A stretch of 60,000 nucleotides of DNA from Squalus acanthias (GCA_030390025.1 CM059438.1:70930001-70990000); one strand, 5' to 3'. Shown: positions 1 to 11,349, numbered from the stretch's first letter. Numbers and translations are program-made. The notes: generated by a model not told the origin, from the sequence alone.

Positions 1-109
1 ATTTGTCAAACATGACTTCCCCTACATAAAACCATGCTGACTTTGTCCTATTAAATTATGATTATCCAAATGTCCCGTTACTGTCTCCTTAATAATGGAC
101 TCCAAAATT

Positions 110-1844
110 TTACCTACCACAGATATAGTTTCCAGCCTTCTGTCTACTGCCCTTTTTAAATAAGGGTGTTACATTAGCAGTTTTCCAGTCTGCCGGGATC
201 TTTGCTGAGTCCAGGGAGTTTTGGAAAATTATTACCAATGCATCCACAATCCCTACCGTCACTTCCCAGAAGACCCTAGGATGTAAGCCATCAGGTCCAG
301 GGGATTTATCCGCCTTGAGAGCCATTATTTTACCGAGTACCACTTCCTTAGTGATTTTGATCGTGTTTAGCTCCTCCCCCCCCCCCCCCCCCTATAGCCT
401 CCTGTTTGTCCAGTGTTGGGATATTCTTAGTGTCCTCTACTGTAAAGACTGATACAAAATATTCATTCATAGAAACATAGAAACTAGGAGCAGGAGTAGG
501 CCATTCGGCCCGTCGAGCCTGCTCCACCATTCAATACGTATTTGCCATGTCCATATTTCCCACCATTAATTTCCCGGTCTCATCCTCTAAGGGACCAACA
601 TTTACTTTAGCCACACTTTTTCTTTTTATATAACTATAAAAACTCTTACTATCTGTTTTTATATTTTTTGCTAATTTACTTTCATAATCTATCTTCCCTT
701 TCTTAATCAATCTTTTTGTTATTTTTTGCTGTCTTTTAAAGTTTTCCCAATCCTCTATCCTCCCACTAGATTTGGCTACCTTATAAGCCCTTGTTTTTAG
801 TCGAATACTATCCTTAATTTCTTTACTTAGCCACGGATGACTGTCTTTTCTTTTACACCCTTTTCTTCTCAGTGGAATATATATTTTTTGGAAGTTGTAA
901 AATAACTCCTTAAATGTACACCACTGATCATGTATCGTCTTACCCTTTAATCTATTTTCCCAATCCACTCTACTAAATTCCGCTCGCATACCTTCATAGT
1001 CTCCTTTATTCAAGCTTAGCACGCTTGTTTGAGATCCAACCTTCTCACCCTCTAATTGAATATGGAATTCAACCATGTTATGGTCACTCATTCCAAGGGG
1101 ATCCTTTACTAGGACATTTTTAATTAATCCTGTCTCGTTACACAGGACCAGATCTAAGGTTGCTTGCCCCCTGGTCGGTTCAGTTACATACTGCTCAAGA
1201 AACCCATCCCTAATACACTCAATTAACTCATCCTCAAGGCAGCCCTGCCCAATTTGATTTGTCCAATTAATATGATAGTTAAAATCCCCCATAATTATAG
1301 ATGTTCCCTTATTACAAGCCTCAACTATTTCCTGATTGATACTCCGTCCAACAGAGTTGCAACTATTCGGAGGCCTATAGACTACGCCCACTAGTGTTTT
1401 TTTCCCCTTATTATTTCTTATCTCCACCCAAACTGTTTCATTATCCTGATCTTTTGACCCAATATCATTTCTCTGTATTACAGTGATTCCTTCCTTTATT
1501 AACATAGCCACCCCACCTCCCCTTCCTTCCTGCCTGTCCTTCCTGATCGTTAAATAACCTGGTATGTTTAATTCGCAGGCATTGTCACCCTGCAGCCATG
1601 TTTCTGTAATGGCCACAAGATCATACCCATATGTAGTTATCTGTCCCATTAACTCGTCTATTTTGTTACGAATGCTACGTGCATTCAGATAGAGAACTTT
1701 CAAATATGTTTTGTGACACTTAGTTCCTGCTTTTGCCCTTTTTATTACTTTACCTTTTATTCCATACCTTCTGCCCCTTCCTGACACACTCTGGTTTTTA
1801 ATTTCCCCACTGCTACCTAAGTCTGTGACCTTCTCTGTTGTCAT
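110..1844 (-). pseudogene. CR1 ORF2 (APE endonuclease plus start of RT), disrupted
   Basis: APE motifs YLNARSIRNK, AITETWL, GVVYRPP, MGDFN, LDLVL, SDHNMV. Broken by a ~70 bp insert (466-535), a poly-C frameshift (~376-391) and a small deletion after GNY (~125). Confidence 0.92.
466..535 (-). mobile_element. Very short 5'-truncated CR1 3' end inserted into ORF2 of the host CR1
   Basis: catagaaacatagaaactaggagcaggagtaggccattcggccc is the reverse complement of the CR1 3' tail also seen at 7266 and 59900; cattca occurs at both junctions. Confidence 0.85.
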
Positions 1845-1882
1845 TTTTATTATTTGCTCTCTAGGAACCTCCCCCCCACTAG

Positions 1883-2836
1883 TTAGTTTAAAGCCCTCGC
1901 TACAGCCCTAGTTATATGATCCGCCAGGACTCTAGTCCCAGCACTGGCCAAGTGAAGTCCATCCCAACGGAACAGCTCCCTCCTGCCCCAGTACTGGTGC
2001 CAGTGTCCCAGGAAGCAAAACCCATTTCTCCCACACCAGTCTTTGAGCCACTCATTTAACTCTCTAATTTTATTTGTCCTAGCCAAATTCACTCGTGGCT
2101 CAGGTAATAATCCAAAGATTATTACCCTTGAAGGTCTGTTTTTTAATTTGACCCCTAGCTGCTCATACTCCTTTAACAGAACCGGCTTCCTTGTCCTATC
2201 TACGTCGTTTGTACCAACATGGACCACGACAACTGGATCCACCCCCTCCCACTGCAAGTTTATTTCCAGCCCAGAGGAGATGTCCTTAACCCTGGCACCG
2301 GGCAGGCAACACAGCCTACGGGACTCTCGCTCTCGGCTGCAGAGAACTCTATCTATCCCCCTAATAATACTATCCCCTACCACTACAACATTTCTATTTA
2401 CTCCCCCCTCTTGAATGGCCCCCCGTTCCACGGTGCTGTGGCCAGGTTGCTCATACTCCCTGCAGTCCCTGCTCCCGTCCCCACAGGGAGTAAGAACCTC
2501 GAACCTGTTGGACAAGAGCAAGGGCTGCGGCTCCTCCAATACTACCTCCTGGATCCCCGTACGTGCCTCACTCGTAGTCACACCGTCCTGTCCCTGACCA
2601 TGGGCTACATCTGAATTAATTAACTTCATAGGTGTGACCACCTTCTGAAACACAGAGTCCAGGTACTTCTCCCCCTCCCTGATGTGTCGCAGTGTCTGAA
2701 GCTCAGACTCCAGCTCATCAACACGGAGCTGGAGTTCCTGTAGCAGCAGACACTTGTCACAGATGTAATCACCGTGAGCCTCAATGGGGTCCACCGGCTC
2801 CCACATCTCGCAACAGTAACACATCACCTGCTCCAT
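1883..2836 (-). CDS. CR1 ORF1 protein (317 aa): N-terminal Cys zinc finger, coiled coil, SGNH/GDSL esterase domain
   Basis: CYCC...CDKC, heptads LQELQLRVDELESELQTL, and esterase blocks VVVGDSIIRG, CCLPGARVKD, HVGTND, DGLHL. The frame is open. Confidence 0.93.
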   Translation of the reverse strand: MEQVMCYCCEMWEPVDPIEAHGDYICDKCLLLQELQLRVDELESELQTLRHIREGEKYLDSVFQKVVTPMKLINSDVAHGQGQDGVTTSEARTGIQEVVLEEPQPLLLSNRFEVLTPCGDGSRDCREYEQPGHSTVERGAIQEGGVNRNVVVVGDSIIRGIDRVLCSRERESRRLCCLPGARVKDISSGLEINLQWEGVDPVVVVHVGTNDVDRTRKPVLLKEYEQLGVKLKNRPSRVIIFGLLPEPRVNLARTNKIRELNEWLKDWCGRNGFCFLGHWHQYWGRRELFRWDGLHLASAGTRVLADHITRAVARALN

Positions 2837-3321
2837 TCTATGTAATTAATTAAATTTTTTATTGTTAGTTATGGACACTCTCTGCCCGATTTTTGCTGCT
2901 AGTATCCTCTCTAATTAATTGGATTTAAATTAAATCAATCCCTCTAAATTACACCAGTTAAATGGTTTACCAACAGTCACTCTGCACCAGAAAGGCCTTA
3001 TTAACTACAACCCAGAGTTAAAGTTTGAAAAGAGCACCCTACACTCCACTCACCCGAACTCACACTTACCCAAACTCAGCACTCTCTGCTGACTTGCACT
3101 CAGTGCTGGCTTGCACTAGCACTGGTCTTTTTACACTGGTCTTTCTATGTGCCAGGACAACACTGCTACTTGAAATCAAGTGTTCATTTAAAGGCCTTAC
3201 CGAGCCATAAAAATCTTCACGGTACTTGCTGGTGGGGAACCTTCAACCACCAACACCGCCACGCTTCAAACTGAAATAGAAAGCATGTAACAAAGAGGCA
3301 TAAAATTAATTAAAGCAATAC

Positions 3322-3448
3322 CTGAATTGTTCCGTCCCATTTCATTGGCTCCAAGTGACAGTTTTGATAAATCAATTCAGTTTGATGAGCTTCAGCTTCC
3401 TTCAAGTATCTCGGTTCAGGTTCCTTTGTAAACTTTGTAAACAAGTTC
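3322..3448 (-). CDS. Candidate internal exon of an unidentified host gene (NLFTKFTKEPEPRYLKEAEAHQTELIYQNCHLEPMKWDGTIQ)
   Basis: Non-repeat sequence with an open frame, acceptor tttacatag| (alternative aag| at 3423) and donor cag|gtattg. Confidence 0.3.
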
Positions 3449-3451
3449 CTA

Positions 3452-3954
3452 TGTAAATTTGAAGTCATCCAAAACTCGGCTGCCCATGTCCTTACTCACA
3501 CCAAGTCCGTTCGCCCATCTCCCCTGTGCTCGCTGACCTACATTGGCTCCCAGTTAAGCAGCGCCTCGATTTCAAAATTCTCATCCTTGTTTTCAAATCC
3601 CTCCATGGCCTCCCCCCTCCCTATCTCTGTAATTTCCTTCAGCCCCACAACCCCCCCCCGAGATAACTGCGCTCCTCTAATTCTGCCCTCTTGAGCATCC
3701 CTGATTATAATCGCTCAACCTTTGGTGGCCGTGCCTTCTGTTGCCTAGGCCCTAAGCTCTGGAACTCCCTCCCTAAACCTCTCCGCCTCTCTACCTCCTT
3801 TAAGACACTCATTAAAACCTACCTCTTTAACCAAGCTTTTGGCCATCTGCCCTAATTTCTCCTTAAGTGACTCGATGTCGAATTTTTTGTCTTATGAAGC
3901 GCCTAGGTACATTTTACTACGTTAAAGGTGCTATATAAATTGTTGTTGTTGTTG
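3452..3954 (+). mobile_element. L2-clade LINE 3' fragment
   Basis: Encodes VIQNSAAHVLT..SPVLADLHWLPVKQRLDFKILILVFKSLHGL (L2 ORF2 C-terminus) and ends in a (TGT)n tail; tgtaaa at both ends. Confidence 0.9.
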
Positions 3955-4132
3955 TAAAATAACTCTCAGTGGAAGTGGCACTATTGGTAGTTGTATGTAT
4001 AAAGGGTTTAATTCTGTATGTGATACAGTAAGTTAGAGTGTGACACTGGGTCAAATCCAGGAGCTACAAGCCATGCCAGTGATTTCAGGTTACTCTGAAA
4101 TTACAGTAAGCAAACATATGCTTAGAGACTAT

Positions 4133-4235
4133 GAGGGTAATTTTCACTTTCCCTGCCTGGGTGGTAATCTGACAGAGTGCATTACCTGCCCATTGTAAAC
4201 CCATCCAATTTTCATCTAATTGAAAAAGTACCCCC
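4133..4235. mobile_element. Small MITE-like element
   Basis: Imperfect terminal inverted repeats gggtaattttcac / ttgaaaaagtacccc. Confidence 0.45.
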
Positions 4236-4304
4236 ATATTAAAGTGAGTTGTGTCTTTGTGATTGCACATATCAACCAGTGCAGGGAAAATATAGTGCTT
4301 TTAA

Positions 4305-4680
4305 CATAGAAAAACATTCCAAACTGCTTCACAAAAGCGTAATCAGACAAAAATCAACGTTGAGCCAAAGAAGGAGATGACTAAGAAAGGTGACTAAAAG
4401 GTTGATCATGGAGGTTGGTTTTAAGGCGGGTTTTAAAGGAGGAGAGAGAGGTGGAGCGACGGAGTCATGTAAGGAGGGAATTGCAGAGCTCAGAGCCCAG
4501 CCTGCTGAAGGCACGGCCACCAATGGTGAAATGAAAGGATTTTGGGATGCACAAGAGGCCAGGGTTGGAGGAATGCAGAGTTCTTGGAGAGTTGTAGGTC
4601 AGAGCAGGTGACAGAGATAGGGAAGGACAAGACATGAAGGGATTTGAACATGAGAATGAGAATTTTAAATTTGTGTATCT
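4305..4680 (-). mobile_element. L2 LINE 3' fragment
   Basis: Reverse complement resembles 3452-3954; peptide FKILILMFKSLH. Confidence 0.8.
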
Positions 4681-4860
4681 TATCCATTCTGTCCATCTGC
4701 AGCCACACAACCCACACTTAAAAAAAACTAATATAAAATCAGAAGCGAAGATGGTGACAATCAAATTCTAATTTAACACCACAATGTCATTTAATTTTTT
4801 TGGTGAGGGCATTTGTAGAATGTATGTTTGTTGGAGACACTAGGAAAACCCCAGTGTTAC

Positions 4861-4950
4861 CCTATTGGCCCTTTCAAAATAGTTGCAATTCAGATACTTT
4901 AGTAATCTCTGCCCATAATTGCCCATTGTAATTCTGAACTGATTGCCTGG
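4861..4950 (-). CDS. Candidate 90-nt exon (PGNQFRITMGNYGQRLLKYLNCNYFERANR)
   Basis: Very long polypyrimidine tract on the minus strand (4951-5040) ending ttcttccag|, an open frame, and donor agg|gtaaca. Confidence 0.35.
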
Positions 4951-5187
4951 CTGGAAGAAGAAGAAGCAGAGAGGGAAGAGAATAACTGAGAGGAAAGAGG
5001 AGAGCTGAGAGGAGAGAAGGAAGAAAAAAAAGGAAAAATCTCCACCCCCCTCATGCACTCCAGCACCTATTGTTGACCGCACTATAAGCACATTGCTTGA
5101 AGGTGACATTGTAGTTTGACCACAGGTAATTTAGGTTTGTTTCCTTACACACTTTCTTATTTCTGTCTCCTTACACATTTTCAATGC

Positions 5188-5940
5188 TTAGACTATCAAA
5201 AATGTAATAAAATGATTGTATATGTACAAAGTAGTGCTTTTATGCCTGTTAGCAGTCCAAAATGCATATATTGGGATGATGAGTGATCTGAATCTCAGTT
5301 TATTGTAATCTGACCACTTCTCTCCAAAAAGGGTACATTCTTGAATAGTGGCAGAGTACTCTGTTTCTCCATGCCATGAGCATGACTTAATTTTGTGCAA
5401 CTTAAGCAGATAAGCTTCATCTATGATTTTGAATTGTATTCGCCTCATCCTGAGCACTCCTGAAAACTGAAATGGACTGACCTGAATGGAGTACCAACCA
5501 AAATGAGCTCGTTGTATCCCAAGCTCGAACTTGCAACTCTGAGCAACCTCAGTCATTATCCATTGAAACTTTTCATTATGCCACTCTCCTTCCAAATATA
5601 TTTTTGTGACAAAATGTAGTCAACTGAAGTCAGGTTCCTTGCTCAAGTTCAACTCTGTTCATGACTGGGTAGGGGAGATCTAGAATCACTGACAAGAGTA
5701 TAATTAACAGTGCCAACTGCATACGGAGTTTTTATTTTAGATTTGTATTAGTGGGAGGAGCAGGTGAATCATACACGTACTCCCCTAATGGTGGGGTCAC
5801 AATAGTTATGGAGGATATGAAGATGCTGTTCCCTGAAATCAACTGGTCCAACGCAGATTTTAAAATTGTCATAGCCGATAAGATGGCCACTTTACCTTTA
5901 GGAGTTAGGCGATTTGGAAACTCCAGGCTTAAGTGGGTGA
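5188..5940 (-). mobile_element. Degraded L1/Tx1-like ORF2 C-terminal remnant
   Basis: Peptide RRIQFKIIDEAYLLKLHKI resembles the IQFKI.HR.YLT..KL motif preceding the L1 zf-RVT. Boundaries are uncertain. Confidence 0.4.
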
Positions 5941-5952
5941 AATGACCAGTTC

Positions 5953-6265
5953 TTATAGGAACATTAGGAACAGGAGTAGGTCATTCAGTCCCTCGGGCCT
6001 GCTCCAACATTCAATTAGATCTTGTCTGATCTGCACCGTAACTCCATTTTCCTGCCTTTGCCCCATATCCCTTGATGCCCTTACCTAACAAAAATCTATC
6101 TACCTCAGTTTTGAAAGCTCCAATTGTCCCACCATCCACAGCCTTTTGGGAGAGAGTGTTCCAAATTTCTACCAGCATTTATGTGTAAAGGAGCTTCCTC
6201 ATTTCGCTCCTGAATAGCCTAGCTCTAATCTTAAGAGTACGTCCCCTTGTTCTTGATTCCCAGAA
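5953..6265 (-). mobile_element. CR1 3' end fragment
   Basis: cttataggaacattaggaacaggagtagg tail plus 3' ORF2 similarity to 7266-7660. Confidence 0.85.
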
Positions 6266-6904
6266 GAAATAATTATCTTTCCTCTGATGTCAGGTTCAAA
6301 CCTGAATTATTGATATATTGTTGGGACTGTCATTTGGGGGCACTAAAGAAATATCTTTTCATATAGTACTATATCTATATATTTTTATATAGTGCTCAAA
6401 GGTAGTTTAGGGTATGGTTTCTGATGTTTACTGTGCTCTTGCTGGAGGTCAGATGTGACAGCACTGTGTCCATCAGTATAATACAGCAAATATAGAATCA
6501 ATATGTCACACAACTAAGTCAAGTTAAAAATATTACACACCTTACAGATACTGAAACATAAAGACTTACAGATATATATTTGCAATACAACTTACCAAAC
6601 ACTTTACAAAACCTGATTAATTTTACATCGAGTCTACAGCACAAGAAACAGGCCATTCGGCCCAACTGGTCTATGCCGATATTTATGAGCCTCCTCCCAC
6701 CCTACTTCTATTCCTTTCTCTCTCATGTACTTATCATGATTAAGGTGTTAGCAAATTTGCTCTTCCCTCCCTGAAACAGCTTACATTACAAAATATTCAA
6801 CTTTTTACTCTACCTCACATGAAGGATTTTCAAGGTTTACTTAAGTAACTATTTATTTGTTAATTCCTCCTCCCTCCTGAAAATCTTTCTTAGTTTTCTT
6901 CAAG

Positions 6905-7125
6905 AACAACTTATACTGGCAGAATGTCTTTAATGTAGTAAAACATTCCAAAGTGCTTCAGAAAGGTGAAAAGTAAGTGGAGATTGAAAAATGGAGGTAT
7001 GTTTGAGTAGGATTTTGAAGGAGGAGAGGGTAGCAAGGCTGAGGGGCTTAGGTAGAACGTTCTAGAGTGCAGAGCTGAAATGGCCAAAGAATATGAAAGA
7101 GTGGCGAAGAGAAGATGAATGCAAA
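6905..7125 (-). mobile_element. Degraded L2 3' end
   Basis: tttaatgtagtaaaacattccaaagtgcttca is the reverse complement of the L2 tail at 3895-3930. Confidence 0.6.
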
Positions 7126-7816
7126 TAGGGTTGCCAACTCTGGTTGGGTGTATTCCTTGATGTTTCATCACATGACCACCCGACTTGAACCGTCCCATGC
7201 CCACTCTTCCGCCATTGGTCCATTCTGTCTCCCACGCCAATTGGAAAGTGAACAGACACTTTGTACATAAGAACATAAGAATTAGGAGCAGGAGTAGGCC
7301 ATAAGGCCTTTGAGCCTGCTCCGCCATTCAATAAGATCATGGCTGATCTTCAACCTCAATTCCACTTTCCCACCTGACCACATATCCCTTGATTCCACTA
7401 GAGTCCAAAAATCTATCTATCTCAGCCTTGTATATGCTCAATGACTCAGCATCCACAGCCATTTGGGGTAGAGAATTCCAAAGATTCACAACCCTCTGAG
7501 TGAAGAAATTCCTCCTCATCTCAGTCTTAAATGGCCGACCCCTTATCCTGAGTCTATGCCCCCTAGTTCTAGACTCTCCAGCCAGGGGATACAACCTCTC
7601 AGCATCTACCCTGTCAATCCCCCTCAGAATCTTATATGTTTCAATGAGATCACCTCTCATTCTTCTAAACTCTATACGACAACCCTCTCATCCCAGGGAT
7701 CAATCTAGTGAACCTTCATTGCACCGCCTCTAAGGCAAATATGTCCTTCCTCAAATAAGGAGACCAAAACTGTGCACAGTACTCCAGGAGTGGTCTCACC
7801 AAAGTCCTGTACAATT

Positions 7817-8845
7817 CATAGAATCATAGAAATTTACAGCACAGAAGGAAGCCATTCGGCCCATCTTGTTCGTGCCGACCGACAAAGAGCTATCCAGCCT
7901 AATTCCACTTTCCAGCACTTGGTCCATAGCCTTGTAGGTTATGGCACTTCAAATGCATATCCAAGTACTTTTTAAATGTGATGAGGGTCTCTGCCTGTAC
8001 CACCCTTTCAGGCAGTGAGTTCCAGACCCCCACCACCCTCTGGGTGAAAAAATCTCTTCTCAAATCCCCTCTAAACCTCCGACCAATTACTTTAAATCTA
8101 TGCCCCCTCGTAACTGACCCTTCTGCTAAGGAAAATAGGTCCTTCCTATCCACTCTATCTAGACCCCTTATAACTTCATACACCTCAATTAGGTCTCCCC
8201 TCAGCCTCCTCTGTTCCAAAGAAAACAACCCCAGCCTATCCAGTCTTTCCTCATAGCTAAAATTCCCCAGCCCAGGCAACATCCTCGTAAATCCCCTCTG
8301 CACTCCCTCTAGTGCAATTACATCCTTCCTGTAATGTGGTGACCAGAACTGCATGCAGTATTCAAGCTGCGGCCTAACTAGTGTTTTATACAGTTCAAGC
8401 GTAACCTCCCTGCTCTCATGTTCTATGCCTCGGCTAATAAAGGCAAGCATCCCGTATGCCTTATTAACCACCTTATCTACCTGTCCTGCTACCTTCAGGG
8501 ATCTGTGGACATGTACTCCAAGGTCCCTCTGATCTTCTGCACTTCTCAGTGTCCTACCATTTATAGTGTATTCCCTTGCCTTGTTAGCCCTCCCCAAATG
8601 CATTACCTCACACTTCTCCAGATTGAATTCCATTTGCCACTGTTCTGCCCACCTGACCAGTCCATTGATATCTTCCTGCAGTCTGCAGCTTTCTTCTTCA
8701 TTATCAACCACATGGCCACTTTTTGTATCATCTGCAAACTTCTTAATCATACTTCCTACATTCAAGTCCAAATCATTGATATACCACAAAAAGCAAAGAA
8801 CCCAGTACTGAGCCCTGCAGAACCCCACTAGAAACAGTCTTGTCA
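7817..8845 (-). mobile_element. Younger CR1 3' fragment nested in the previous CR1
   Basis: Open ~300 aa RT C-terminus (YINDL, KFADDTK, LVRPQLEYC, RRLRGDLIEV) and a catagaatcatagaa tail. Confidence 0.93.
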
Positions 8846-9002
8846 TAAGACTTCCTTACTCTTGTACTCCAACCCACTTGCAATAAAGGCCAACATGCTA
8901 TTTGCCTTCCTAATTGCTTGCTGTACCTGCATGCTAACTTTCTGTGTTTCCTGTACGAGAACACCTTCATCTCTCTGAACACCAACCATTTAATAGTTTC
9001 TT

Positions 9003-11066
9003 TTGTTTCTTCACTTGTCCCATTACCATCTCCTTTTGCCCTGCACCATCATCCCTTTTGTCTTTTAATCTCTACTGCCTTCCATCCTATCACAGACCTT
9101 CCCTTCTGTTCTTTCCTCCCCGCCCCTCTTTCCCTCCGCCCGCACTTGCTTAAAATCTGTTTCATCTCTAACTTTTTCAGTCATCGACCTGAAACTTTGG
9201 CCGCGAATTTAATAGCGCTCAGAGGGTGGGTTTGGAGGCGGGTCCGCTGTCAAAATAGCAAAGATTGACAGCGGGTAGGAAACCCGCTTCTACGCGAGTC
9301 TCCCAGGTGTCGGGTCTGTCAGTGGAGAACTGACCTGACACCAAGCTAGTTAAATGCTAGTTAAATGGCTTGTTAAGAGCCAATTTAAGACTATTTTGAG
9401 GCTTCCTTCAAATTTTACGTTCTCCCCCATGGGTTAGGCGCTGCTCAGGGAACATGCCAGCTCAACCTGGTGTGTTTTGAGTCTGCTCTGATGTTTGTGA
9501 AAAGCTGACAGCTGCAGAAGTGGTGTAAAGGATGCCATGTTGCAGATGGTCAGTTTCAGAGCACAGAAAATGTTGGTTACTGCATTTTTTATACAGATAG
9601 TGATTTCTTTAGCTTACAAGTTTTTAGATCCAACTGTATGTCCAGTGCCACCTCATTGGGAGAACCTCTCTCACCATTGACAGATCGCTTCTGTCATCGC
9701 ACCTGCAGCTGACATCTATTGCAGCAACATCGGAGCCATTGAAACAATCAAACCTTGGTCCTCCGAATCCTTCCACGATCAGCTCCAACACCAACATCAC
9801 CAGGCACACCTACATCACCAACCTTCTCTGCCATCACCTGATGCTGCACAGGACACAGGGCATCAGCCCCTGACAACATTGCTGCTCAGGGAGGCCAGCA
9901 GATGGCATCACCATGGCCAGATTTTCTTCACTTCATGCTGTAAACCCTGGCTGCCACATGAAGCAGCAGGTTGACACCACCCCACACCAGCACTGTAAAG
10001 CATCCCTTTAATGTCCAAGCCATTCCATGCACACTCATCACTATGGTGGGGCAGGGGGTCGGGGGGGAGTTATGTCTCAACATTCACTGGAACTCAGTAA
10101 GACACTTCTCAAGGTGCGCACAGATCTGTCCAATAAGGGGCAGTGTTGGAAAAATAGATTTCACTGTATGACAAAACATTACCAGAAACTTCACATGGAC
10201 ATTGGCTAAACCTCTCAAGTGCCTACCCTTGTGTGTTGTTAGTTGGTAAGCTTGCAGTAGGATGAGGGTGAGTGTGAGGGGTGGCTAGTGAGATGGGGAA
10301 GTAATAATATAGATAGAGAGGGTTGAGTGGAGTTGCAAGGTAAGTTGGTGTAAGGATGTGCAGGAGAAGGGTATGGAAGGCAGAGTGATGGGGATGTGTT
10401 GAGTGGCACAGCAGGGTGAGTTTGAGTGTGGCTTTGCAGCAACGTTTCGTGATCCACTGAGATCATTGAAAGGTTGGCGCCACTGCCGCCAGGGACCCCT
10501 GACGGCATCCCTGCTTTTGCCCTCCTGTGCAATGTACAACCAGGCTGCGTTGGTGTCCTGGGGCGGTCTCTTCTGCCCTTGGAAGGGAAGAGAACCTCCC
10601 TGTGTGCTATGACTCCCTCCATAAGCATATGGAGGGAGTGATTGGAGAGCCTGGGTGCAAGCGTTCACCTTTGTGCAGTGCTTGTCAGTGTTTGCAGCAC
10701 CTCAATGCTGTCAACTTTCAGAACAACTGTCAAACTCAATGTGGTCGTGGTCCCTTTAAGGAAACCGTCTGATGACGCATCATCAAATTACATCATCAGA
10801 CCCGCTTCCTGTTAATTGGCCGGGAAGCCCGCAGGGCGGGCTTAACAAGGCCAATCAAGGGAAAATCACGTTTACAGAGCGGCTGCAGCCGGGAGCGGAA
10901 CCAGAACCCGGCAACCAGCTCTCCCGTCGCCATCCCGCCTCCTCCATTAAATTCGTGGCCATTAACTCTGTTTCTCTTTCCACAGATGCTGCCTGACCTG
11001 CTGAGTATTTCCAGCATTTTCTGTTTTTATTTCAGATTTCCAGCATCCGCAGTATTTTGCTTTTGT
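9003..11066 (+). mobile_element. Short retroelement (Penelope-like 3' sequence by recollection) with a 14-bp TSD, interrupted by a Harbinger element
   Basis: Direct repeat tttaatagtttctt at 8989-9002 and 11067-11080; gacctgaaac...ttaactctgtttctctttccacagatgctgcctgacctgctgagtatttccagc rejoins once 9199-10960 is removed. Confidence 0.7.
9199..10960. mobile_element. Non-autonomous PIF/Harbinger transposon, copy 1 (Myb/SANT-like remnant on the minus strand)
   Basis: TIRs ggccgcgaatttaat / attaaattcgtggcc; frameshifted HREVLFPSKG..AAWLYIAQ..QWRQPFNDL; collinear with 44015-45617. Confidence 0.88.
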
Positions 11067-11349
11067 TTTAATAGTTTCTTACCAGTTAAAAAATATTCTG
11101 TTTTACTATTCTTCCTACCAAAGTGAATAACCTCACATTTCCTCACATTATACTCCATCTGATCTTGACTGTTAGTCAAACAGCCTTTTTCCCCCCATCG
11201 CCAATATTTTTACATCTAATAAATTAAAATGTTTAACGGAAATTTTTAAAAAGCACCATTTTTAATGCCCCTCAGCTTTTTTCCTGGTTTACTTGCAACA
11301 GTGTCCTGGAGATGAATCTTCAATTCCAAGTGACTTCAAGACAATCCTG

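Larger units (their letters stand above)
1..3270 (-). mobile_element. Near full-length CR1-clade LINE (5' UTR, ORF1, disrupted ORF2); continues off the left edge
   Basis: ORF1 at 1883-2836, APE endonuclease ORF at 531-1844, then RT-proximal motifs KSPGPDGLHPRV/WKTANVTPLFKKG (110-343) and SVVGKILESII..QSQHGF (1-125). The 5' boundary is approximate. Confidence 0.95.
7266..11160 (-). mobile_element. CR1 3' fragment split by nested insertions (pieces 7266-7815, 8845-9002, 11067-11160)
   Basis: RT C-terminal peptide RGDLIETYKILRG...FFTQRVVNLWNSLP; the pieces are collinear across the inserts. Confidence 0.88.

Noticed and set aside
1883..2836. Horizontally acquired or host GDSL lipase gene
   Set aside because: Its position directly upstream of the APE-RT ORF and its zinc-finger/coiled-coil N-terminus identify it as LINE ORF1.
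4186..4215. 30-nt minus-strand micro-exon (MKIGWVYNGQ)
   Set aside because: It lies inside a MITE-like element, so the splice-like sites are probably incidental.
6814..6915. Minus-strand exon bridging the candidate gene
   Set aside because: All frames from the nearby acceptor hit stops before the donor.
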